Source: an uncultured Pseudomonadota bacterium (GTDB lineage Bacteria; SAR324; NAC60-12). From it: a DNA stretch of 53,773 bases. This document shows, piece by piece, positions 36,732 to 45,412 of the stretch (positions within the stretch are counted from its first letter, which is position 1; every line of letters begins with the position of its first letter). The notes beneath the pieces were generated by a model. That model had not been told where the DNA came from, did not search any database, and saw only the letters and a program-made list of their open reading frames with translations. A program made the translations under genes and the position numbers. The stretch lies in contig CAJWCD010000006.1 of assembly GCA_913020725.1 (NCBI GenBank), forward strand, positions 1-53,773, read 5' to 3'.

Positions 36732-37112
36732 TCAGTAGGTGCAGCCTTGCGGGGGAGCGGTTCTGAGCGAGAAACCGTTGTTGATCGCCTCGAATTGCAA
36801 TTCGGCCAGCAGTCGACACCCCCGGATGCGGCGCTCCCGGACCACATAGTACTCGTTGATACGTGGAGAGGTGTCTGACTCCAGCGCGGCGAAGGCGTGG
36901 ATTGCGTCCACAGTGTTCGTCTCGGCAAGGGTCAGGTAGCGTGGTTGGCGACTGCGGCGCCAACTCTCAAAATAGGTCAGCCCCCAGCCCATCTGCCGGT
37001 CACCGTTGGTGAGGCGACTGATGAAAGAGGAGATCGGAAACTCCGGATCGGGGTTGCTGCACCCCATCCAGAGCGCGATCATCACAAGGAGAAAATTAAA
37101 TCGAAATCGCAT
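36732..37112 (-). CDS. Hypothetical lipoprotein
   Basis: MRFRFNFLLVMIALWMGC signal peptide with lipobox. Confidence 0.65.
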   Translation of the reverse strand: MRFRFNFLLVMIALWMGCSNPDPEFPISSFISRLTNGDRQMGWGLTYFESWRRSRQPRYLTLAETNTVDAIHAFAALESDTSPRINEYYVVRERRIRGCRLLAELQFEAINNGFSLRTAPPQGCTY

Positions 37113-37332
37113 GTTCAAAATCCTTCTAGCTTCCGTATCGGCATGTTATGAAAAATCTTGAGTGGAATTGTTCATTTCGGAATGGCCATGGGACGTGGTC
37201 AGGTTCAGGCTGGAGACTTGGTGGAATTCTTGCAAAAGTCTGAAGAATTATGGTTCACCACCCTTTGGTCAACACGAGGCTTTTGATGCACACACCTGAA
37301 AACCCCGCAATTCCTGCCCTCCGGAGGAAGCG

Positions 37333-38286
37333 ATGCGGCTGCTGAACCCGAAACAAATCTGGGCCGTTGGCGGCGGCAAAGGGGGCGTCGGCAAGAGTTT
37401 CATCACGGGCAACCTCGGAGCCATGCTCGCCCAGCGCGGCTACCGTGTGGTGCTGGTCGATATGGATCTCGGCGGCGCCAATCTCCACACTTGGCTAGGG
37501 GTCAACAACCCAGATCGTGGGGTTTCTGAATTTGTGGGGCATTTTGTCGAGAACGTGGACCAACTCCTCATTCCCACAGGCATCAACAACCTCAGCCTCA
37601 TCAGCGGTGCCCGGGACGGCATGGAAATCGCCAACCTCAAGCACACGCAGAAACTGCGCTTCCTGCGAGCGCTCCAGCGGCTGGAGGCCGACTGTGTGCT
37701 GCTCGACCTCGGAGCCGGCACGGCTTACAACACCATCGATTTCTTCCTGCTCGCCGATACTCACCTGTTGATCGTGGTTCCGGAGCCAACGTCCATCGAA
37801 AACGCTTACCGCTTCATCAAGAATTCCTTCTACCGGAAACTGCGCTCAGACAGCAACGAGCAAGGGTTCCGGAATGCGGTCGAACAGCTTCTGCTCTTGA
37901 ACAACCCGCAGGGCATCCGCACCCCCAAGGACTTGATCAACTACATGCGTCGTCAAGGGGGGGAACTCGGACGCTTCATCGAGCGGCAAGTGGAGGAGTT
38001 CCAGCCCAAACTGATCCTCAATCAGGTGCGCAGCGCGCAGGACATACGCATTGGCTCGGCGATGGAAAGCGCCTGCTTCAAGTACTTTGGCATCCGTCTC
38101 AAGTTTTTAGGACACATCGAACACGAGGATGCGGTGTGGCACTCAGTGCTGCAACGCCGCCCCTTGGTGATGGACCAACCCAACTCTGGAATCTCCAAAC
38201 GCCTTTCCGTCATTTGTAGTGCCATCCTCCAGCAGCGCTCCCAACGCCCCCGCACCGTGGAGCACACCTTCGCAGGCGAACCATGA
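37333..38286 (+). CDS. MinD/FlhG-like P-loop ATPase
   Basis: Deviant Walker A GGKGGVGKS, DMDLGGANLH, DLGAG, PEPTSIENAY; GGAGG RBS. Confidence 0.9.
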   Translation: MRLLNPKQIWAVGGGKGGVGKSFITGNLGAMLAQRGYRVVLVDMDLGGANLHTWLGVNNPDRGVSEFVGHFVENVDQLLIPTGINNLSLISGARDGMEIANLKHTQKLRFLRALQRLEADCVLLDLGAGTAYNTIDFFLLADTHLLIVVPEPTSIENAYRFIKNSFYRKLRSDSNEQGFRNAVEQLLLLNNPQGIRTPKDLINYMRRQGGELGRFIERQVEEFQPKLILNQVRSAQDIRIGSAMESACFKYFGIRLKFLGHIEHEDAVWHSVLQRRPLVMDQPNSGISKRLSVICSAILQQRSQRPRTVEHTFAGEP

Positions 38287-39137
38287 CCGGACTCGATATC
38301 GCCCGTTCGCTTGATCCAACCGCTCTGCCTGAGACGCATTACTCGGTGCTGGGGATCGAGCCCACGGCAGCTCCAGAGCAGGTTCAGGATGCCTACGAAC
38401 AGAGCATCGAGAAAATCCGGGCCGAATCACTGGCGGCGTACTCACTGGTTGCTTCCGAAGAAGTGGAGCGCCAACTCCAGCAGGTTAGCCGCGCCTACAT
38501 GGAACTGATCAACCCGCACACCCGCAACGAGTATGATCAGGAATTGCTGACGAAAGCCATCACTGTTGCCGAACCGGAACCTCCAGAGCCGGAGTCGGCA
38601 AAGGTGGTTCCCCCTGAAAAAATGAGCCACCGCAGAGAACCCAGTTCCAAGGTGGTGTTCCTCAACACTGCCAACCGCTTTTTTGGCCCCCCTCAGAAAG
38701 GAATCGCCAAACCCGACTCCTCGATGTCCGCAGTTCCAACGCCCACCTCGGCAGACAACAGTTCCGCATTTGTCGGACAAGTGCATCAGCGTCACTCAAC
38801 CTACCAACAACTCAATGCCAAGGTGGACTCAGCGCGCAAGCGGGTTCAAGTGTATCTGGAACACCGGGAAGCGGAAGGCATCCCCCTCCATTTCGACGGC
38901 CCCACCCTGCGGGACATCCGCAATCTGGCGGAGGTGACGTTTGAGGAACTCACCGCCGTGACCTGTGTGCGGCAAGTCTATTTAGAAGCGTTGGAGTCCG
39001 AAAACTATGAGGCGTTACCTGCCGAGATCTACCTCAAGGGCTACCTCAGTAGCTATGCAAGGGCATTGGAGCTTCCGGAGTCTCGTGTCCAGGAGGAGTA
39101 CCTGAGCCGCTATCGTGCCAAGAAAAAACGGCGCTGA
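38283..39137 (+). CDS. J-like domain plus C-terminal RodZ-type HTH protein
   Basis: HYSVLGI...VQDAY...AYMELINPHTRNEYD; C-terminal YLEALESENYEALPAEIYLKGYLSSYARAL. Confidence 0.8.
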   Translation: MTGLDIARSLDPTALPETHYSVLGIEPTAAPEQVQDAYEQSIEKIRAESLAAYSLVASEEVERQLQQVSRAYMELINPHTRNEYDQELLTKAITVAEPEPPEPESAKVVPPEKMSHRREPSSKVVFLNTANRFFGPPQKGIAKPDSSMSAVPTPTSADNSSAFVGQVHQRHSTYQQLNAKVDSARKRVQVYLEHREAEGIPLHFDGPTLRDIRNLAEVTFEELTAVTCVRQVYLEALESENYEALPAEIYLKGYLSSYARALELPESRVQEEYLSRYRAKKKRR

Positions 39138-39145
39138 GGAAAACC

Positions 39146-39503
39146 GGAGTTGGAAATAAGCCGGGTTCTGTCTCCGGGGAAGCCCCGGATCGTGATCATT
39201 TCTCTGGGACGGACTGTTACCAGCCGCCTCTAGCATCCTACCCAACCGCCGGACGGGCCGCCCGAATGCGGTTCTACATGGACTTGCAGCAAGTGGGGTT
39301 TACACTGCCACCGCTGTCACCAGCAGCGCGGTAGGCTCTTACCCTACCTTTTCACCCTTACCTGTGCCCCAAGGGGCCATCGGCGGTGTCTTTTCTGTTG
39401 CACTTTCCGTCGGCTCACGCCGCCTGGCCGTTAGCCAGCACCCTGCCCTGCGCTGCCCGGACTTTCCTCCCGCCTTGCGGCGAGCGATCACGCTTCCAAC
39501 TCC
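39146..39503 (-). ncRNA. rnpB: RNase P RNA, bacterial type A
   Basis: Reverse complement contains GAGGAAAGTCCGGGC, GAAAGTGCAACAGAAAA, GGGTGAAA..GGTAAGAGC, TAAACCCC, ACAGAACCCGGCTTAT. P1 helix GGAGTTGGAA/TTCCAACTCC. Confidence 0.96.
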
Positions 39504-39661
39504 AGAATCCTCAGTTTAACCCAGTCTTGGGAAAAACCGTAGCGAATTGTGGCAAGGAGGGATGGACGGGCTTCCTTGCCTTCCAGAACCAGCTTGCGTC
39601 TCACAGGCAGATTTGGTCTGCTGTTTCCAGTTCTCTCGTTTGCAACTCTTGGAGACTCCTG

Positions 39662-40145
39662 TTGCGTCGCCTGCTCCTGCTCGTCCTCTTGCTGCTCTCG
39701 CCCGCATTGCTAGCCGCGGTCGAAACCGCCCCGCGCATTTCCGACCGCGAGATCATTGAAGGGCTTGCGGAAATCAAGGGTGACATCAAGCGTCTCGATG
39801 CCGAGATCAAGGCAATCCGTGTTGAACTTCGCACCGAAATCAGGGGGGCGCTCCGAGTTCTGCATTGAGTTCCAGCGCATGAACGAGCAATTTGATCGGT
39901 TTTGGAACCTGATGCTGGTGATCGTCGCAGGCATCATGGGACTGATCGGCTTCGTCATCTGGGACCGCAAGACCGCCCTGCGTCCCTTGGAACGGCGAGT
40001 CGCACTGCTGGAGGAACAGCGTGACACAGATCCGCAAATCGCCCGTGTAGTCAGCGCCTTCCGGGAGTACGCCCAAAGCAATGACCAGTTCGCCGATGCC
40101 TTGCGCCGCTCCTGCTGCTTTAGCCTGACTGCTTCCGCATTGTAA
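39662..40145 (+). pseudogene. Exported coiled-coil/TM protein split by a frameshift at a G6 tract
   Basis: GGAG RBS and TTG start, signal peptide, AVETAPRISDREIIEGLAE... The frame changes at 39843-39848, then FQRMNEQFD...IMGLIGFVIWDRKTALRP. Confidence 0.65.
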
Positions 40146-40212
40146 TTCCTTGCCTTCGGCGGTGACTCCGGCGGTTACCACTTCATTTCACTTTTTCAGA
40201 CCTCGATTTTTA

Positions 40213-42030
40213 ATGAACAACGAATCTCTGCGCAATCTCGCCATCATCGCCCACGTTGACCACGGCAAAACCACCCTTGTTGATCAAATGTTCCGGCAGA
40301 GCGGACTCTTCCGGGAGAATCAGGAGATGGAGGAGCGGGTGATGGATCGTATGGATTTGGAGCGTGAGCGTGGCATCACAATTGCGGCGAAGAACTGTGC
40401 GATCGAGTGGCACGGCATCAAAATCAACATCCTCGACACTCCTGGACACGCCGATTTTGGCGGTGAGGTGGAACGCGCCCTGATGATGGTGGATGGCGCG
40501 ATCCTGCTTGTGGATGCCTCCGAAGGACCGTTGCCGCAAACACGGTTTGTGCTCCGCAAGGCTCTCGAACACGGACTCCGGATCATTGTCGTCATCAACA
40601 AGATTGATCGACACGATGCCCGCGCCGAGGAGGTGCTGGACGAAATCTATGACCTCTTCATTGACCTTGACGCGAGCGATGAACAGATTGATTTTCCGGT
40701 GCTGTACGCCAACGGACGTGCCGGCATCGCCCAGCTTGCCTTGCAGGATTCCGGGACGGATTTGAACCCGCTGATGGATTACATCGTTGAGCACTTGCCC
40801 GCGCCCATTCACGATCCAGAGGAACCGTTCCAAATGATCGTCACCGACCTCAGTTATTCCGATTACCTCGGACGGCTGGCAATCGGACGCATCGCGCATG
40901 GCGTTCTCAAGCGCAACGAACCCTTGGTGTGTCTCGGCGAATCCGGAGTGCCAAAATCGCTGCGGGCCTCCAAGCTTCAGGTGTATGAGGGCATCGGCAT
41001 GGTGGAACAGGAAGAGGTTTTGCCCGGCGACATTCTGGTGCTTGCCGGCATTGAGGACGTTCACATCGGGGATACCATCTGCACCCGCGAGCAGCCAAAG
41101 GCGCTCAAGCGCATCACTGTGGATGAACCAACGGTGGCCATGCTCTTCGGCCCCAACACTTCACCGCTCTCCGGACAGGAGGGCAAGCTGGTGCAGTCCA
41201 CGCGCATCCGGGATCGCCTCAAGCTCGAAACCTTGCGCAATGTTTCCCTGCAAATGGAGGAAGCCCCCGGCGAGGCGTTTTTGGTGAAGGGGCGTGGGGA
41301 ATTGCAAATGGCCATCCTCATCGAGGTCATGCGGCGCGAGGGATTCGAATTGACCGTGGGGCGTCCGGAGGTGATTTTCCGCGAGGAGGAGGGCAAGCGA
41401 CTGGAGCCGATCGAGGACATCTTCATTGACTGCGAGGAGCAGTTTCTGGGCATCATCTCGGAAAAGCTCTCGTTCCGGAAGGGTAAGATGGTCAACCTCG
41501 TCAACCACGGCTCCGGACGGGTACGCGTACAGTTCCATGTTCCCACGCGGGGGCTAATCGGCTACCGCTCCGAATTCCTCACGGACACACGCGGCACCGG
41601 CATCCTCAACGCCTACCTACTCGGCTATGAATCCTTCCGGGGTGATTTCCTCACACGTCTGACCGGATCGCTCGTCTCCGATCGAAGCGGCGGGGCCGTG
41701 GCCTACGCGCTCTTCAACCTTGAACCGCGTGGGCGCATGTTCATCACACCCGGCACCAAGGTTTATCAGGGCATGGTCATCGGCGAACACAACCGCGACA
41801 ACGACATCAACGTCAACCCGTGCAAGGAAAAGAAGCTCACCAATGTGCGGGCTTCCGGAAAGGATGATCATGTGCAACTCACACCCATCCTGCCACTCAC
41901 GCTGGAGCAAGCCATCGAATTCCTCGCCGAAGACGAATGCTTAGAGGTCACGCCCCAATCCGCCCGTCTGCGCAAAACCCACCTCGTTATCCAAGACCGC
42001 GAACGCCACGCCAAGCAAAAGAAGGGCTGA
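40213..42030 (+). CDS. typA: Translational GTPase TypA/BipA
   Basis: LRNLAIIAHVDHGKTTLVD, ERERGITI.AKN, DTPGHADFGGEVER, GRGEL...RREG, KKLTNVRASG. Confidence 0.96.
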   Translation: MNNESLRNLAIIAHVDHGKTTLVDQMFRQSGLFRENQEMEERVMDRMDLERERGITIAAKNCAIEWHGIKINILDTPGHADFGGEVERALMMVDGAILLVDASEGPLPQTRFVLRKALEHGLRIIVVINKIDRHDARAEEVLDEIYDLFIDLDASDEQIDFPVLYANGRAGIAQLALQDSGTDLNPLMDYIVEHLPAPIHDPEEPFQMIVTDLSYSDYLGRLAIGRIAHGVLKRNEPLVCLGESGVPKSLRASKLQVYEGIGMVEQEEVLPGDILVLAGIEDVHIGDTICTREQPKALKRITVDEPTVAMLFGPNTSPLSGQEGKLVQSTRIRDRLKLETLRNVSLQMEEAPGEAFLVKGRGELQMAILIEVMRREGFELTVGRPEVIFREEEGKRLEPIEDIFIDCEEQFLGIISEKLSFRKGKMVNLVNHGSGRVRVQFHVPTRGLIGYRSEFLTDTRGTGILNAYLLGYESFRGDFLTRLTGSLVSDRSGGAVAYALFNLEPRGRMFITPGTKVYQGMVIGEHNRDNDINVNPCKEKKLTNVRASGKDDHVQLTPILPLTLEQAIEFLAEDECLEVTPQSARLRKTHLVIQDRERHAKQKKG

Positions 42031-42146
42031 GAACACCACGTTTTTCAAAATATCTTGACGTTCTGGCAGGAGCAATAGACTTTGTCAGAATGTCCGGCTA
42101 GTAGCGATCATAGGTTGAAATTGATAGGTTTCTTGCCGGCTCACCG

Positions 42147-42625
42147 GATTTTTATGTTCCACAGAACGCGGACGGCAGTTTCAAAAGATACAAGTCCGCT
42201 GCGGAAGCAATGGGCGACACTCTTGAGGTGATGAAAACTCTACAACCGACACATGTCGTTTTCAACGGCGCGGTGGGAGCCTTGACGGGGGATAATGCGT
42301 TGACTGCGAAAGTTGGCGGAAAGTCATCTTTATCCATTCACAGGCCAATCGCGATTCCCGTCCTCACCTGATCGGTGGTCACGGTGATTTGGTCTGGAAC
42401 GGTGGTTCATTCAGCGATACTCCCGGCACGAACTACGAAACTTGGTTTGTTCCCGGTGGTTCTGCGGTTGCAGCGCTGCATGAGTTTGTGCCGCCAGGCA
42501 TTTTTGTTTATCTGAGTCACAACCTCATTGAGGCCGTGATGATGGGGGCGGCATCTCATGTTGTGGTTGAAGGCGAATGGAACAACGACCTAATGGAGCA
42601 AGTTGCCAAGCCGCACAGCATGTAA
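42147..42625 (+). pseudogene. nirK: 5'-truncated, frameshifted copper nitrite reductase relic (C-terminal cupredoxin domain only)
   Basis: DFYVPQNADGSFKRY...PTHVVFNGAVGALTGDNALTAKVG; frameshift near 42318; then KVIFIHSQANRDSRPHLIGGHGDLVW...ETWFVPGGSA...YLSHNLIEA...GEWNNDLM. Confidence 0.9.
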
Positions 42626-42654
42626 AAATCAACCTGCACTCGCGCCGGAGCAAT

Positions 42655-44001
42655 TCACTTCTCTAGGCCCGCTCGCCATTCCTGGTAGTTCAGGTAAACG
42701 GTGGCACCAAGGGTGGCAAAGGGTTCCGGGGGCAAGCGGGTGGGGGGGGCTTCGTTGAGGTGATCCTCAATGTAGGAGTTCTGGACTCCAGAGGCGTACT
42801 CCGCCGCCAAAATTCCGGCGAGTGTGCCTTTGGAGACACCCAATCCGTTTTGGCAACAGGCGGCAAACAAGCCATCCTCAAGCTCACCAAACACCGGGAC
42901 TCCGTTCCAACTCAAGCACAAGCGTCCACCCCAGCGGTGTTCCAGTTCCACATCCTTGAGCATCGGGAAGCGGCGCTGGAAACTGCGGGTGTGGTCTCGC
43001 ACTGCCCGTCGGACGTCGCGGTCGCTGGCTTCCATGGTTGCATTGAAGTGGAACTTGTTGCGCATCAGGATGCGATGCCCCCCCACTCCAGAAATCTTGC
43101 GGACCGAGGAGCCAAACGGATTGGCCGGGGCCACGCCCCAACTTGGTTCCCCGCCAAGTTTGCGGACTTCCTCTACGCTGAGGGCGCGGGTCATCGAGGC
43201 GTAGAGAAAAATGTGCATCAACCGCTGCTTGAGGAAGCCAAAACTTTGCAGATGTCCGTTGACGCTGAGAATCACCTTGGACGCGGACACCGACCCCTGT
43301 GGAGTGCAAACTTTCCAGACACCATCCGCACGCTCCATCGCAATCACCGGGGAGTTTTCATAAATATCCACCGTCCGGGAAAGCCCTGCCGCGAACCCCC
43401 GCACATACGCCGCTGCTTGAATCGTAACCGTTTTGGGAGTGAGCAAGCCACTCAGGTAATACTCGCTTCCGGTGATACGTTGCATGTCCGCCGCATCCAA
43501 CCAAGTGGACTCTTCCCCCATTGCTTTGAGATGCTCGACGTACTCCCGGTTATGCTGATCTCCGGATGCGCTGGCCGCCGCATTGATTTTTCCGCAAGGA
43601 TTGAAGACCTCCTGTGAAAAGCCGTAGTCCTCGGCAACTTCAGCGGCAAAGGCAATGGCGTAGCGATTTTTTTGGGTTTGCCGGATGTCCTGCTGCACCG
43701 CTCCGGCATAGCTGTCGGTGCTGATGTCGTGGGGCAGGTCGATCATGAAACCGGAATTGCGTCCGGAACTGCCTTCGCCGATGCGGATGGAGTCCAGCAA
43801 GACGATACGTTCCTGCTCCCGGAGTTGCTGAAGTCGCCGCGCCGCAGACAACCCCGCAAACCCTCCGCCAATCACCAGCCAGTCGGCAGTGAGGGCTTGC
43901 TCCAAAATCCGAGGCGGCTCCGGTTCTGGCAGAATTGCGTACCAGCCGGAAACCCCCGGATTGCCGTGGCGGGTGTTGCTGACCTCAAGCTTCAGCGACA
44001 T
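42655..44001 (-). CDS. FAD-dependent amine/amino-acid oxidoreductase (DAO/PuuB-like)
   Basis: VIGGGFAGLSAA, GSSGRNSGFMIDLPH, CQNGLG..KGT. Confidence 0.88.
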   Translation of the reverse strand: MSLKLEVSNTRHGNPGVSGWYAILPEPEPPRILEQALTADWLVIGGGFAGLSAARRLQQLREQERIVLLDSIRIGEGSSGRNSGFMIDLPHDISTDSYAGAVQQDIRQTQKNRYAIAFAAEVAEDYGFSQEVFNPCGKINAAASASGDQHNREYVEHLKAMGEESTWLDAADMQRITGSEYYLSGLLTPKTVTIQAAAYVRGFAAGLSRTVDIYENSPVIAMERADGVWKVCTPQGSVSASKVILSVNGHLQSFGFLKQRLMHIFLYASMTRALSVEEVRKLGGEPSWGVAPANPFGSSVRKISGVGGHRILMRNKFHFNATMEASDRDVRRAVRDHTRSFQRRFPMLKDVELEHRWGGRLCLSWNGVPVFGELEDGLFAACCQNGLGVSKGTLAGILAAEYASGVQNSYIEDHLNEAPPTRLPPEPFATLGATVYLNYQEWRAGLEK

Positions 44002-44059
44002 TGCTGCTTTCCGGATTCGTGGCCATAGGGAAATCGGCGTGGTCAGGTTTGGGCCTCCC

Positions 44060-44965
44060 TCAATTGCCCGCAAGGATTTCGGAAATTTCCGCTTGTAAGG
44101 TGTTGATCACTTGTTCCAACTCGCTTTTTTCCTCAGGAGTCAACGCTTGCAGCGGAAGGCGGGGGGGGCCGGCTCGCAACCCGGTGAGTTCGCAACCGTA
44201 CTTGACGCTCTGCACAAACTTTCCGCCCTGCTCCAAGACACGCATCAGGGGCATCAACGCCAACATGAGGCGCCGCCCCTTGGTGTAATCGCCTTCGAGA
44301 ACACAGGCTTCATAGAGGGCGTTGTGTTCTTTCGGCAGAAAATTGGAGCCAGCACAAACCCAGCACCTCGCCCCCCACGCAAAGAACTCCAGCGCCTGAT
44401 CATCCATGCCGCAGCACAGTTCGATGTTGGGATAGTCCCGTGCGAGCAAGTGAACGCGGTTGATGTCCCCGGAGCTTTCCTTGATGCCGCAAAAATTCTT
44501 TGAACGCCCCACCCGTTCCAAATACTCCTCGCCCATCTGGGTTCCAGTGCGTCCGGGATAGTTGTAGAGCATGATCGGCAGGTTGACAGCTTGATCGATC
44601 TGAAGCGCGTGCATGGCGTTTTCCAAATCGGTCGGCACCGCATACGGCGGAGAATTGACCAACAGGAAGTCTGCTCCGGCCTGCTTGGCCGCTTTGGCGA
44701 GCATCACGGCTTCCTCGGTGCGTGTGGCTCCCGTTCCCACCATCAGCAGGGTGCGCTGGTTGATGACCTCGCGGGCGAAGTTCATCAGTTCAATGCGTTC
44801 CTCGTTGGTTTGGGCGTAATACTCCCCGGTCGAGCCGCCCACCACAATGCAGTGGACCCCGGAACTAATCAGAAACTCCGCGACCTCCGCAAATGCCTCC
44901 TTGTCAATGGCGCCGTCTGCGGAATGTGGTGTGATGATCGGTGTGTAGATTCCTTCAAATTGCAT
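44060..44965 (-). CDS. Dihydrodipicolinate synthase/N-acetylneuraminate lyase family protein
   Basis: GGSTGE, MLYNYPGRTG, GIKESSGD (Schiff-base Lys); AAGGAG RBS. Confidence 0.9.
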   Translation of the reverse strand: MQFEGIYTPIITPHSADGAIDKEAFAEVAEFLISSGVHCIVVGGSTGEYYAQTNEERIELMNFAREVINQRTLLMVGTGATRTEEAVMLAKAAKQAGADFLLVNSPPYAVPTDLENAMHALQIDQAVNLPIMLYNYPGRTGTQMGEEYLERVGRSKNFCGIKESSGDINRVHLLARDYPNIELCCGMDDQALEFFAWGARCWVCAGSNFLPKEHNALYEACVLEGDYTKGRRLMLALMPLMRVLEQGGKFVQSVKYGCELTGLRAGPPRLPLQALTPEEKSELEQVINTLQAEISEILAGN

Positions 44966-45037
44966 GGGTCTCCTTAGTTTTCGTTATGAAAATTTTTTGA
45001 GCGGGTTCATTCCCCACTGGATATCCTCCAAGACCGC

Positions 45038-45247
45038 TTAGCACTGATGTTCCGCTAGCTCAACCCAATCAATCCCTGCTTTTTCAATTGCAGCTTCTCG
45101 GGTAACTTCGCCTTTGAGGTAGCTCCCTAAAACAGGCTCCCTCCAGAGTCGCTTGAGTCCCACCTGAAAGGCTTGGGCTATGATTTCTGGCTCGGATTGC
45201 TGTGTCTCTTGGACTGTTTTTTCTAGAAATCTAGAGATTTGAGGCAT
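45038..45247 (-). CDS. Small orphan antitoxin-like protein, possibly truncated by a premature stop
   Basis: LWREPVLGSYLKGEVTREAAIEKAG resembles UPF0175-type helix motifs. The frame stays open past the TAA (AVLEDIQWG...) to 44974. AT-richer than its neighbours. Confidence 0.45.
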   Translation of the reverse strand: MPQISRFLEKTVQETQQSEPEIIAQAFQVGLKRLWREPVLGSYLKGEVTREAAIEKAGIDWVELAEHQC

Positions 45248-45412
45248 CGTCTTTTCCTTGTAGATTAAGTTTCATGCGATCTAATCGCTCAAGGTTGAGC
45301 AGAAAGCCCGATGGAGCTTAAGTGCCGATGGAGAGCCAAGACCGAGCCTCCGGAAACACCCAACTGCGACCGCTAGGACAGATTCCTGTTCAGTGGTACT
45401 GTTTTAGCATTT

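Noticed and set aside
39386..39661. N-terminal part of ORF 39386-39868
   Set aside because: Overlaps the RNase P RNA gene and its upstream region on the other strand. A better start with an RBS lies at 39662.
44060..44965. Housekeeping dapA
   Set aside because: GSTGE rather than GTTGE, and the catabolic neighbourhood suggests a paralogue.
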